Source: Bacteroidaceae bacterium | GTDB taxonomy: Bacteria; Bacteroidota; Bacteroidia; Bacteroidales; Barnesiellaceae_A | Length of the DNA stretch: 64,000 nucleotides | Direction of reading: 5' to 3' | NCBI GenBank assembly: GCA_017481745.1 | Contig: JAFUOV010000011.1 | Location: forward strand, 72,629-136,628 | Part shown: piece by piece, positions 18,673 through 27,970 of the stretch | How positions within the stretch are numbered: the first letter of the stretch is position 1 | How the letters are laid out: every line of letters begins with the position of its first letter | The notes under the pieces: model-generated | What the model saw: only the letters and a program-made list of their open reading frames with translations | Told to the model about the DNA's origin: nothing | Databases searched by the model: none | Program-made: the position numbers and the translations under genes

Positions 18673-20175
18673 ATGGCAAATATTGGTAAAACAACCAAAC
18701 TGAGCGTTGCAACGCTCGCTATTATGAATGTAACGGCGGTAGTGTCGTTGCGCGGACTGCCCGCCGAGGCAGAATATGGTATTAGTTCGGCATTCTACTA
18801 TCTGTTTGCTGCATTGGTATTTCTCATCCCGACGGCTTTGGTGGCAGCCGAGTTGGCAGCTATGTTTTCCGACAAGCAGGGCGGTGTATTTCGTTGGGTA
18901 GGAGAGGCTTTCGGTAAGCGCATGGGCTTCTTGGCGATATGGCTACAATGGGTAGAGAGTACAATATGGTATCCTACGGTGCTCACTTTTGGTGCTGTTT
19001 CGTTGGCGTTTATCGGCATGGATAGTACCCATGATATGACATTGGCATCCAATCGTATGTATACCCTTGCCGTCGTACTCATTATCTATTGGCTTGCCAC
19101 GTTTATTTCGCTCAAAGGTATGTCGTGGGTAGGACGAGTATCGAAGATTGGCGGTCTGGTAGGTACTATCATTCCGGCGGGATTGTTGGTGGTTTTGGCA
19201 ATTATATATCTTGCTACCGGCGGTGTGTCGCAAATGGATTTTGGTGGTAGTTTCTTCCCCGACCTCACCAATTTCAACAATCTTGTCTTGGCAGCTGGTA
19301 TATTTTTGTTCTATGCCGGTATGGAGATGGGTGGTATACACGTGAAAGAGGTAGATAATCCTTCGCGCAACTATCCCAAAGCAGTATTTATAGGCTCACT
19401 TATTACGGTGCTGATTTTTGTGTTGGGAACGTTTGCTTTGGGTATAATCATCCCGAAGAGCGATATAAACCTTACGCAGAGTTTGTTGGTGGGTTTTGAC
19501 CGCTACTTTGCCTACGTCAAGGCTTCGTGGCTCTCGCCTATTATTGCCGTAGCTCTCGCATTTGGTGTGTTGGCAGGAGTGCTCACATGGGTAGCAGGTC
19601 CTTCAAAAGGTATCTTTGCCGTAGGTCGTGCCGGCTATCTGCCTCCATTTTTTCAGAAAACCAATAGCCGCGGTGTGCAACGCAATATATTGCTTATACA
19701 GGGCGCTATCGTAACGCTGTTGGGGTTGCTGTTTGTTGTAATGCCCTCGGTGCAAAGTTTCTATCAGATACTCTCGCAGCTTACGGTGTTGTTGTACCTT
19801 ATCATGTATCTCATGATGTTTGCTGCAGCTATCTACTTACGATACAATATGAAGAAAGCCAATCGCCCCTTCCGCATCGGCAATAAAGGCAACGGTATGA
19901 TGTGGTTTGTGGCAGGAGTAGGTTTCTTGGGCTCTCTCTTGGCGTTTATACTCAGCTTTATTCCGCCCGGACAGATTGCAGTGGGTAGTAGTGCTGTGTG
20001 GTATGCGGTGCTGGTGATAGGTTGTATTGTAGTAGTTGCTGTGCCTATTATTATATATGCTCTGCGCAAACCCTCGTGGCGCGACCCTTCGGCTACATTT
20101 GAGCCGTTCCATTGGGAAGAGAATACCACCCCGGCGACCGACAAAAATGAGAGCGCATCGGGTGAACATTCATAA
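18673..20175 (+). CDS. gadC: Glutamate:gamma-aminobutyrate antiporter (APC superfamily)
   Basis: MANIGKTTKLSVATLAIMNVTAVVSLRGLPAEAEYG..., about 12 TM helices and a C-terminal soluble plug-like tail. It is adjacent to gadB. The start is taken at ATG 18673. Confidence 0.8.
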   Translation: MANIGKTTKLSVATLAIMNVTAVVSLRGLPAEAEYGISSAFYYLFAALVFLIPTALVAAELAAMFSDKQGGVFRWVGEAFGKRMGFLAIWLQWVESTIWYPTVLTFGAVSLAFIGMDSTHDMTLASNRMYTLAVVLIIYWLATFISLKGMSWVGRVSKIGGLVGTIIPAGLLVVLAIIYLATGGVSQMDFGGSFFPDLTNFNNLVLAAGIFLFYAGMEMGGIHVKEVDNPSRNYPKAVFIGSLITVLIFVLGTFALGIIIPKSDINLTQSLLVGFDRYFAYVKASWLSPIIAVALAFGVLAGVLTWVAGPSKGIFAVGRAGYLPPFFQKTNSRGVQRNILLIQGAIVTLLGLLFVVMPSVQSFYQILSQLTVLLYLIMYLMMFAAAIYLRYNMKKANRPFRIGNKGNGMMWFVAGVGFLGSLLAFILSFIPPGQIAVGSSAVWYAVLVIGCIVVVAVPIIIYALRKPSWRDPSATFEPFHWEENTTPATDKNESASGEHS

Positions 20176-20197
20176 TGCCTGTTTTATTCTTTAGACA

Positions 20198-20235
20198 GCA
20201 AAGGCTGCACTTGACTTGTAAGTGCAGCCTTTGTC
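20198..20235. terminator. Bidirectional hairpin terminator between gadC and the GH2 gene
   Basis: 13-bp stem CAAAGGCTGCACT/AGTGCAGCCTTTG with a 9-nt loop. Confidence 0.65.
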
Positions 20236-20254
20236 GTATGTATGTGGGTGATAA

Positions 20255-22771
20255 TTATTGTGCAACGATGGTTGTTTGTGCCATAGTTAGACCGTCGGCA
20301 GTAGCTGTCAGAGTAGCGCTTCCCGATGTCCCGTTGTTTTGCAAAACAACCAAGCATTTGCCGTAGAAAGCCTTGCGGTGGTTGGCTTTGAAACGCTCCA
20401 TAGAGAAGGGCGAACCATTGTCGACACCGGCAATAAAGGCATTGCCGTCGATATCGAATGTTACAAGATTATCGGCGCTTGGGCACAAACTGCCGTTTTC
20501 ATCGAGAATTTCTACTGTAACAAAACTGAGGTCGCGACCATCTGCGTGGAGTTGTGAGCGGTCGGGGGTAAGGCGTATTTGCGCAGGCTCACCGGCGGTG
20601 CAGATGGTTTGCGATGCAACTTCCTTGCCCTCTCGACGTGATACAACGCGCACCTCGCCCGGCTCGAATGTTACGCGCCACATTACGTGGAACTCGCCTT
20701 TATCCTTGCTGCGAACACCTTGCGAAACACCGTTTACCCACAACTCTACTTCATCGGCATTGTTGTAGTAGCACCACATATCTATTGTTTCGCCCGGGGT
20801 ATGGTTCCAATGGGGGAACAGGTGCAACACAGTTTCGTCGCTCCATTCGCTCTTATACATATAATATATGTCTTTGGGGAAGCCTGCCAAGTCTACTATA
20901 CCAAAGTATGAACTGCGTGCCGGGAAGGTGTAGGGTGTAGGTTCGCCAATATAGTCGAAACCGGTCCAAATAAATGTGCCGCTCACATATTCACGCTCGC
21001 TGACCATGCGCCAGTTGCGCTCATGTGTAGAGCCCCAAGGAGCATGCACGTTGTCGTATGCCGAGCAAGAATAGGTGTCGTTTTTGTAGGGTATATCCCA
21101 GCGTACCGGGCGAGGCATAAAGCTATCGGACGGTTGCTCATAGAAGCCGCGAGTCATCAGTGCCGAAGCACTCTCGGTAGCGATGAAAGGTTTCTCGGGG
21201 AACCAGCCGGGCACCGAGTCGAACCAATCTATATGGTAGTTGTAGCCGATAATGTCGAGTGAGCCGGCGCGGAAAAGGTGGTTGCTGGGGTTGGGCTCGT
21301 CGTTACCGGTGGTGATGGGTCGGGGATCGTATCTCTTCACAATCTCGCACAAACGACGTGTTATGAGCGAGTTGGTGCTGAGTGTATCTCCTTGTTGGGC
21401 GAGGGCAGTGGCATCCTTCATGAGGTTGAGGGGCATATTGGCATCTTCGAGTGAGAGAATGTCGCTTGCCTCGTGTGTCCATTGCTCGCGTACCTCGTTA
21501 CCGATGCTCCACATGATGATTGAGGGGTGGTTGCGGTCGCGCAACACAAGGTCGGTAAGGTCGCGTTCGTGCCACTCTTTGAAGTATCGGGCATAGTCGT
21601 TCTTGGTTTTGGGTCGGCTCCACATGTCAAATGCTTCGTCCATTACAATGAAGCCCATGCGGTCGCAGAGGTCGAGCACCTCGGGAGCAGGAGGATTGTG
21701 AGAGCAACGGTAGGCGTTGCAACCCATTTCCTTGAGTATCTCGAGTTGTCGTTCAATAGCGCGGGTGTTGACAGCTGCGCCCAGACAACCCAAGTCGTGG
21801 TGCATACACACGCCCTTTATCTTTACGGGTTCTTCGTTGAGGAAGAAGCCTTTCTGTGCATCGAAACGATAGGTGCGCACACCCAGCGGTGTGTTGTAAC
21901 TATCTATGACAACGCCATCTTGCTCAATTTGTGTGCAGACGGTGTAGAGATATGGATTTTCAATAGACCAGCGTTTGGGATTTCTTAATTGTAGTTCTAT
22001 TGAGCCCTCGGTGGTTGTATCGGGGGCGAGTGTCATGTTGGCTTGTGCTGTGGCTACTGTTTTGCCGGCAGCATCAAGGATGTATTGCACAATAGTTACC
22101 TCGGCAACGTCTTGAGTAGTGTTGAGTACTCGGGTCGCTACATTTACAACTGCCTTGCTATTGTCTATTATGGGCGTCGTTACATAAGTACCCCAATTAT
22201 CAACGTGTATGGCATTGGTTTTCACCATCCATACGTGGCGATAAATACCGCAACCGCTATACCAGCGCGAGTTGGGTTGCTCGGAGTTGTCGACACATAC
22301 AGCCACAACATTTTCGCCCACATGCAGCAGAGGTGTAATGTCGCGACGGAACGATATGTATCCGTATGGGCGTACGCCTGTCGACACGCCGTTTACATAT
22401 ACGTTGGAGAGCATATATACACCGTCAAAGTCGAGGTATATTTTGGCGCCATTGGCAAGGTCGGCACTATCGACTGTAAAGGTTTTGCGATACCAACCCA
22501 TACCGCCCGGCAGTGCGCCACCGGCATATCCCGAGGGATTGTCTTTCGAGAAGTCACCTTCGATAGCCCAGTCGTGAGGCAGAGTGAGTTCTCTCCATGA
22601 CGAGTCGTCAAATTGTGCTTGCTCGGCGTTTTCTACATCGCCCAGCATAAACTTCCAGTTTTCGTCGAAGTTTTCTCTTACCCGAGGTGTGTGTGATGTG
22701 TCGGGTGAAGAGATGCAGCTTGCCATTAGAAGGATAACTGCCGGCAATAGCCATTTACTCATTTGTTTCAT
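20255..22771 (-). CDS. Glycoside hydrolase family 2 (beta-galactosidase-like) lipoprotein
   Basis: 838 aa. Contains RDRNHPSIIMWSIGNE (acid/base Glu context) and the sugar-binding N-terminal motif LPHDWAIEG. Lipoprotein signal LLMASC. Confidence 0.85.
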   Translation of the reverse strand: MKQMSKWLLPAVILLMASCISSPDTSHTPRVRENFDENWKFMLGDVENAEQAQFDDSSWRELTLPHDWAIEGDFSKDNPSGYAGGALPGGMGWYRKTFTVDSADLANGAKIYLDFDGVYMLSNVYVNGVSTGVRPYGYISFRRDITPLLHVGENVVAVCVDNSEQPNSRWYSGCGIYRHVWMVKTNAIHVDNWGTYVTTPIIDNSKAVVNVATRVLNTTQDVAEVTIVQYILDAAGKTVATAQANMTLAPDTTTEGSIELQLRNPKRWSIENPYLYTVCTQIEQDGVVIDSYNTPLGVRTYRFDAQKGFFLNEEPVKIKGVCMHHDLGCLGAAVNTRAIERQLEILKEMGCNAYRCSHNPPAPEVLDLCDRMGFIVMDEAFDMWSRPKTKNDYARYFKEWHERDLTDLVLRDRNHPSIIMWSIGNEVREQWTHEASDILSLEDANMPLNLMKDATALAQQGDTLSTNSLITRRLCEIVKRYDPRPITTGNDEPNPSNHLFRAGSLDIIGYNYHIDWFDSVPGWFPEKPFIATESASALMTRGFYEQPSDSFMPRPVRWDIPYKNDTYSCSAYDNVHAPWGSTHERNWRMVSEREYVSGTFIWTGFDYIGEPTPYTFPARSSYFGIVDLAGFPKDIYYMYKSEWSDETVLHLFPHWNHTPGETIDMWCYYNNADEVELWVNGVSQGVRSKDKGEFHVMWRVTFEPGEVRVVSRREGKEVASQTICTAGEPAQIRLTPDRSQLHADGRDLSFVTVEILDENGSLCPSADNLVTFDIDGNAFIAGVDNGSPFSMERFKANHRKAFYGKCLVVLQNNGTSGSATLTATADGLTMAQTTIVAQ

Positions 22772-24617
22772 TGGGTTGTATTTTAAAGTTTATATTGTCT
22801 GGGTTGTTTTCTGCAAGTTTTCGAGAGAGATATTCTTGTATTGACTCCTCTGCCGGTACTTCCAGCTTTTTGCGTAGGCGGTTACGAGCCGACTCGATAC
22901 TGCGCACCTCGCGGAAGGTGATAGAAGATATCTCTTTGGTTGATAATCCGATGTATAACAATGCGCACAAGCGTTTCTGCCGTTGTGTAATGCCCGGGCT
23001 TATCTCGTCCAATCGGTCGTAGAAAGATGGGTGTACTTGTTCAAAATAGTACTTAAACTCCTGCCAGTTGTCGGGTGCGCAGTGTTGCTTTATTCGGGCT
23101 ATGAGGTTGCGCAATTGTTCTTGGTGAGCCTTATCGCGAGGGTTTAGTTCCAATAGCATTTGTTTCAGTTCGTCCGACAACTGCATGAGAAATTCGTTGC
23201 CCTTTGTGTATGATAGGGCATATCCCGATAGTTCTCGGTTCTTTCTGTCAATCAGTTTGTTAAGCTCCTGTTCTTTGATTTGTTGCAACTCCTTTTCTTT
23301 CTCTTGCAAGGCTATTTGATGCTCGGCAAGTTGTGTATTGGCTTTGTGTTGTTTCTGTTGCAGTTGCGATAGGGTGATGAGGAAAATAATAATAATGATG
23401 AGGGCTATCAGTACGATGATAATTACCGTAACCGTACGGTCGGTTTCCAGTTTGCTTATCTGCATCTCATTGATAGTTTTGGCGTTCTCGCGTAACTTTT
23501 GCTCGTTGTCGTAAATGCGCTCCAAGTTGTTCACCTTGCGCACATCATTGGCTTTTACGAGCGAGTCTTTTAGTACAGCAGCCTCCTTGAGATGGTTGTA
23601 AGCCTTTATATAATTGTTGTTTCGTTGGTAAAACTCTGACAAGGTGATTCGAGCCTTCGACTCTACCTCACTGTTAGACAACTTCAATAGTAGTCCGTTT
23701 TCTATTTCCTGTGCGCACTCGTTGGCTTTTGCTTGCAAACCGGCTTTTTCGTATGCTTCGATGAGTAGAGAGTAAATTGTTACGAGTTCCGAGTAGTTGT
23801 GCCTCTCTTTGAAAAACTCCATTGCATTGTTTATGTAGGAAATAGCAAGATATAAATCACCCTTTTGTAAGTATAGAGAGCCGATGTTGCATTGCATGCT
23901 ATGGTACATGTCGGGGTGATTTTTTTCATTAATCATCTGCAAGGCTTGCAGGGCATAATCGAGCGCTTCGTCGTAGTTTTTGAGTTTTACATTGATTGCT
24001 GCAAGGTTGTTGTAGTTTATGAATAGCTCGCGCTTGTCGCCTATTTCGCTATTGATTTTCAGCGACTTGTTTATATATTCTTCCGATTTTTCTATGTCGG
24101 TTGGGTAGTATGCTGCACCTATATTATTATATATACGTGCAATATCGCCTTGCATGTCGTTGTCTTGTGCTATTCTCAACGCTTTGTGATAGTATTCCAT
24201 GGCGCTACTCCACAATCCCACTTCTTCAAATGCAGCTCCCAACGGCAGGTATAGTTTCAGCAAAGTTTTAGGGTCGCTCTCTTTCTGCTCAAGATAATCG
24301 ACGGCATCGGAAAATACCTCTATCGCCTTGGATTGTTGACCTTGTTGTCGGAAGTATTCGCCTATCTCTTTGGTAAGAAATGTTACAAAATTGCTATCCG
24401 ATTGAGCAGGCGCTTGCGCCATCGAATCTATGGCGAAACATACTCTTTTTGATAGACTATCTTGCGTGTCGATTAATAATTGTGAGTTTTTTAATATTTT
24501 GGCTTGCAAAGTGTCATTTGTGGCAGCCGATAAGGTGTTGCATAATGCCAAAACAGATACGGCGAACCATATAATGCAGGTTGTAATGTTATATTTTATT
24601 CTTATTTTTTGCATCAT
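22755..24617 (-). CDS. Transmembrane one-component regulator: periplasmic TPR array, one TM helix, coiled coil, and LuxR/GerE-type HTH
   Basis: N-terminal signal-anchor. The TPR-like repeats have a recurrent A..YY/YN..A pattern. The TM helix is VTVIIIVLIALIIIIIFLITL. The C-terminal HTH is ITQRQKRLCALLYIGLSTKEISSITFREVRSIESARNRLRKKL. The gene overlaps the GH2 start by 17 nt. Confidence 0.75.
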   Translation of the reverse strand: MMQKIRIKYNITTCIIWFAVSVLALCNTLSAATNDTLQAKILKNSQLLIDTQDSLSKRVCFAIDSMAQAPAQSDSNFVTFLTKEIGEYFRQQGQQSKAIEVFSDAVDYLEQKESDPKTLLKLYLPLGAAFEEVGLWSSAMEYYHKALRIAQDNDMQGDIARIYNNIGAAYYPTDIEKSEEYINKSLKINSEIGDKRELFINYNNLAAINVKLKNYDEALDYALQALQMINEKNHPDMYHSMQCNIGSLYLQKGDLYLAISYINNAMEFFKERHNYSELVTIYSLLIEAYEKAGLQAKANECAQEIENGLLLKLSNSEVESKARITLSEFYQRNNNYIKAYNHLKEAAVLKDSLVKANDVRKVNNLERIYDNEQKLRENAKTINEMQISKLETDRTVTVIIIVLIALIIIIIFLITLSQLQQKQHKANTQLAEHQIALQEKEKELQQIKEQELNKLIDRKNRELSGYALSYTKGNEFLMQLSDELKQMLLELNPRDKAHQEQLRNLIARIKQHCAPDNWQEFKYYFEQVHPSFYDRLDEISPGITQRQKRLCALLYIGLSTKEISSITFREVRSIESARNRLRKKLEVPAEESIQEYLSRKLAENNPDNINFKIQPNETNE

Positions 24618-24638
24618 TTTTTTACTTATATCGCTGCA

Positions 24639-24646
24639 CAAAGGTA
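24639..24646 (-). promoter_or_regulatory. -7 promoter box (TACCTTTG) for the regulator gene
   Basis: The reverse complement of caaaggta lies 22 nt upstream of ATG 24617. Confidence 0.5.
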
Positions 24647-24717
24647 AAAATTAATACCGGAAAATCAATATTTCATTGGAAAATATTTGTTTTTTCAAAA
24701 ATTATTCTCTTCTATTT

Positions 24718-24813
24718 TGCAGTGTAAATATCTGGAATATTTGATATTAAAATATAATGCAGTAGTAAATGCAGTATTCTTGTATACCATTGCAGTAGTA
24801 AAACAATGGTATA
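24718..24813. promoter_or_regulatory. Repeated TGCAGT(A/G) motifs plus a 10-bp inverted repeat in the divergent control region
   Basis: TGCAGTG at 24718. TGCAGTA at 24758, 24770 and 24791, with TGCAGTAGTAAA exact at 24758 and 24791. The inverted repeat TATACCATTG (24783-24792) / CAATGGTATA (24804-24813) has an 11-nt spacer. Confidence 0.45.
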
Positions 24814-24840
24814 GTATGTGCTGCCATTGTTGCGATTTAC

Positions 24841-24848
24841 TAAATTTG
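24841..24848 (+). promoter_or_regulatory. -7 promoter box (TAAATTTG) for the T9SS-cargo operon
   Basis: Matches TAnnTTTG and lies 30 nt upstream of ATG 24878. Confidence 0.55.
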
Positions 24849-24877
24849 TGTCTATAAATAATGCAAAACGCAAGCAT

Positions 24878-27800
24878 ATGGATAAAAAACTACTATTTGT
24901 AATTGCTTTTTTATTTTCATTCGCATTTAGCCATGCCGAGTGGAATGTAACAACCGAAGTTCAGTATAAAAAAGTTCTCGTTGAAGAGTTTACCGGCATA
25001 CATTGTGGCTATTGCCCTTATGCCCATGCCATTGTTGCCGAATTGCTCAAGGCTCAACCCGACAAGGTGTATGCAATCGCTTTCCATACAGGCTCGTTTG
25101 CTGTGCCCGGTTCCGATGAGCCCGACTACCGCTTAAGCAAGAGTGCCGTAATCAACGATTATTTTGGCATAACGGGATATCCTTCAGGAATGATCAATCG
25201 CCAACGTTTTGCCGATTATATTATATGTAGCCGCACCATGTGGGCTGCCTACGCGCACATGCAATCGCAAGAAGTTGCCCCTGTTAACCTGTGGTTGGCA
25301 AGTAGTTATGATAGTCTTTCGCGTGAACTTACCATTGATATCGAGGGCTATTATACTGCCGATGTAGATGCCGACTTCAACTTGCTGAATGTAATGGTTA
25401 CCGAAAACAATGTAATGGGACCTCAACGAGGTGGTGGTTTGGGTGATGAGTATATACACCAACACATGATACGTGGTTATGTTACCGATACATGGGGTGA
25501 TACCATTACCAATTGTAAGAAAGGTGAGTACTTCTCGCGCCAATATAAATATGTAGTACCCGAGAAGATACATGATGTAGAGCTCAATCCGGCAGAGTTT
25601 GAGGTGGTGGCTTTCCTTAGCGAGAATGAAGAGAATGTACTCAATGTAACAGGTTGTCGTCCCGAATATCCCGGTTTGGAGTTGCCTTTGGCTGCTGAGA
25701 TATCTGAGGCGCTGTTGCCCATTGCCGACACTTACGGATATGACTATTTCGAGTTGGCTCTCAATAATAAATCGACCGACGAGATAACCAAAGCTACTTT
25801 CAAAATAACCCTTAACAGTGTTGAACATACGGTAGAGTGGACAGGCTCTGTAGCTCCACGCTCTACTTCATACATCCAAGTACCCTTGGCAATGAGCGAT
25901 GAGTTGGATGCTGTGAGCAACCGATATGCCATAGAGTTGACCGGTCTTAATGGGGTTGAATATAAAGGTAATAAGCTTGCAGGTAAATTTGCTGCTCCGT
26001 ATAGCGTTACACCTACCGTAAGGTTTGAAATCAAGACCGACGAGTATGCCGATGAGAACCGCTTCCTCATTAAAGATATGTCGGGTAACGTCGTATATGA
26101 GTTGGGTGCATTCCCAGTCGGACAGGTTGTGTTTACATCGCAGTCGGTAACACTTGCTCCCAACACCCAATATTGTCTTGAAGTTACCGATGCGTGGTCT
26201 AATGGCATTATGGAGGGTCGTGTAGTAATGTACGATGCATATAACAATGTTGTTTGCGAGGAGAAAGCCATCGAAAATCATGGCTGTCGCATTTTCTTTA
26301 CAACTGCCGACAGAAATGTGTCGACCGATATTGAGAATAAAAAAGCGCTTATTGAAGAGTTTACCGGTATATATTGTGGCAACTGCCCCGACGCACACGT
26401 TATTATAGAGGAGTTGCTCAAGGCTCAACCCGATAATCTGATAGCTTTGGCATATCACGCCGGTCATTATGCCTATCCTCATGGTGCAGGCGACCCCGAC
26501 TATCGCACAGCGTTGGGCGATACACTCGATAGCTATTTTGTTCCCGATGGTTACCCCAATGGTATGATAAATCGTGTAGCCTTTGAAGGCGATGGTTATA
26601 TGTATAGCAGAGGTATTTGGGCTTCATGTGCACACGCCATAACCGACCAAGAAGCTCCTGTAAATATCTGGCTCAATAGTGTTTACGACAGCAATACCCG
26701 AACACTTACTATCGACGTAGAGGGTTATTATACTGCCGATGTTGATGCAGCAACAAACAGGCTCAATGTCGTTGTTACACAAAGCAACATTGTCGGTCCG
26801 CAGAATGGCAGCGACAAGGGCGACTCGTACATACACGAGCACATGGTGCGCGCCAATATTACTCCCATCTGGGGCGATGCCATCGAGTCGTGCAAGCAAG
26901 GCGATTTCTTCAAGAAACAATATGTATATGTTGTGCCCAATGATATCAATGGTGTCGCTACCGACCCTGCCAACTTCCAAGTTGTTGCATTTGTTGCCAA
27001 GGACAAGACCGATGTGTTGAATGTTGCAGCATGTCGTCCCGACTATCCCGGTTTGGAGCTCCCCTTGGATGTTGAGATAGAGGCATACCGTTTACCGGTG
27101 AAGGGTGGTACTTATGGCTACAACTATTATGAGGCTTATCTCAAGAACAATTCTACCCAACTGATCTCTTCGGCACAATTTGTCATTACGCTCAATGACG
27201 AAAAGTTCACCGCCGAGTGGGTAGGCGAGGTAAAACCCCGTTCAACAGCCTATATAATGATACCTTTCAAACAAAGCGAATTGCTGAAGGCATCTAACGA
27301 TTATGTAGTAAAACTTGTAGGTGTAAACGCTGTGGCATACGCCGGCAATAGCTTCGATGGCAGCTTCCAAGACCCCATTGAAACCACTCCCGACAATAAG
27401 TTTGTCATCAAGACCGACGAGTATGCCGACGAGAACCAATATATTATTAAGGATGTTAATGGTAAGGTCGTTCACACATTCGGTCCTTATCCTGCCGGCG
27501 TTGTCAGTGAAGTAACCGAAACGTTGAAGCTTACCGCTAACAAGGTTTATACACTCGAGATTACCGATGCGTGGGGCAATGGTATAATGAGCCCGCGTGG
27601 TAGCTGCAAGATATACAATGCCGATGGCAAACTCGTTTTGCAACAACTCGAAATCAAAGATCATGGCTGTCGCATGGCAATCAACACTACTGCCGAGTCG
27701 TCGGTAGACAAGGTCTTGACCGATAATACTTTTACTGTACGTTACAATAAAGCTGCGCAAGCCGTAGTGGTAACATCGCAACAAGATGCCGCTTACGCAG

Positions 27801-27946
27801 CATCGCTCTACAATGCAGCCGGACAATGTGTTGCTACAGCTGCCGGCACACAAGAACTGAGCATGCCCGTACAAGCGCAAGGCATATATTTAGTTGAAAT
27901 TGTTGCCGAGGCAACTCGTGAGGTTGTAAAGGTTGCAGTTCGATAA
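24878..27946 (+). CDS. T9SS-sorted protein with two tandem Omp28-related / thioredoxin-like CxxC modules
   Basis: Signal peptide MDKKLLFVIAFLFSFAFSHA. Module 1 has VLVEEFTGIHCGYCPYAH and module 2 has ALIEEFTGIYCGNCPDAH. Each module is about 458 aa and the two are collinear. The C-terminal tail ...AQGIYLVEIVAEATREVVKVAVR fits the T9SS sorting-domain pattern. Confidence 0.7.
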   Translation: MDKKLLFVIAFLFSFAFSHAEWNVTTEVQYKKVLVEEFTGIHCGYCPYAHAIVAELLKAQPDKVYAIAFHTGSFAVPGSDEPDYRLSKSAVINDYFGITGYPSGMINRQRFADYIICSRTMWAAYAHMQSQEVAPVNLWLASSYDSLSRELTIDIEGYYTADVDADFNLLNVMVTENNVMGPQRGGGLGDEYIHQHMIRGYVTDTWGDTITNCKKGEYFSRQYKYVVPEKIHDVELNPAEFEVVAFLSENEENVLNVTGCRPEYPGLELPLAAEISEALLPIADTYGYDYFELALNNKSTDEITKATFKITLNSVEHTVEWTGSVAPRSTSYIQVPLAMSDELDAVSNRYAIELTGLNGVEYKGNKLAGKFAAPYSVTPTVRFEIKTDEYADENRFLIKDMSGNVVYELGAFPVGQVVFTSQSVTLAPNTQYCLEVTDAWSNGIMEGRVVMYDAYNNVVCEEKAIENHGCRIFFTTADRNVSTDIENKKALIEEFTGIYCGNCPDAHVIIEELLKAQPDNLIALAYHAGHYAYPHGAGDPDYRTALGDTLDSYFVPDGYPNGMINRVAFEGDGYMYSRGIWASCAHAITDQEAPVNIWLNSVYDSNTRTLTIDVEGYYTADVDAATNRLNVVVTQSNIVGPQNGSDKGDSYIHEHMVRANITPIWGDAIESCKQGDFFKKQYVYVVPNDINGVATDPANFQVVAFVAKDKTDVLNVAACRPDYPGLELPLDVEIEAYRLPVKGGTYGYNYYEAYLKNNSTQLISSAQFVITLNDEKFTAEWVGEVKPRSTAYIMIPFKQSELLKASNDYVVKLVGVNAVAYAGNSFDGSFQDPIETTPDNKFVIKTDEYADENQYIIKDVNGKVVHTFGPYPAGVVSEVTETLKLTANKVYTLEITDAWGNGIMSPRGSCKIYNADGKLVLQQLEIKDHGCRMAINTTAESSVDKVLTDNTFTVRYNKAAQAVVVTSQQDAAYAASLYNAAGQCVATAAGTQELSMPVQAQGIYLVEIVAEATREVVKVAVR

Positions 27947-27970
27947 TAATTACTTTTAAAACAGTGCCCT

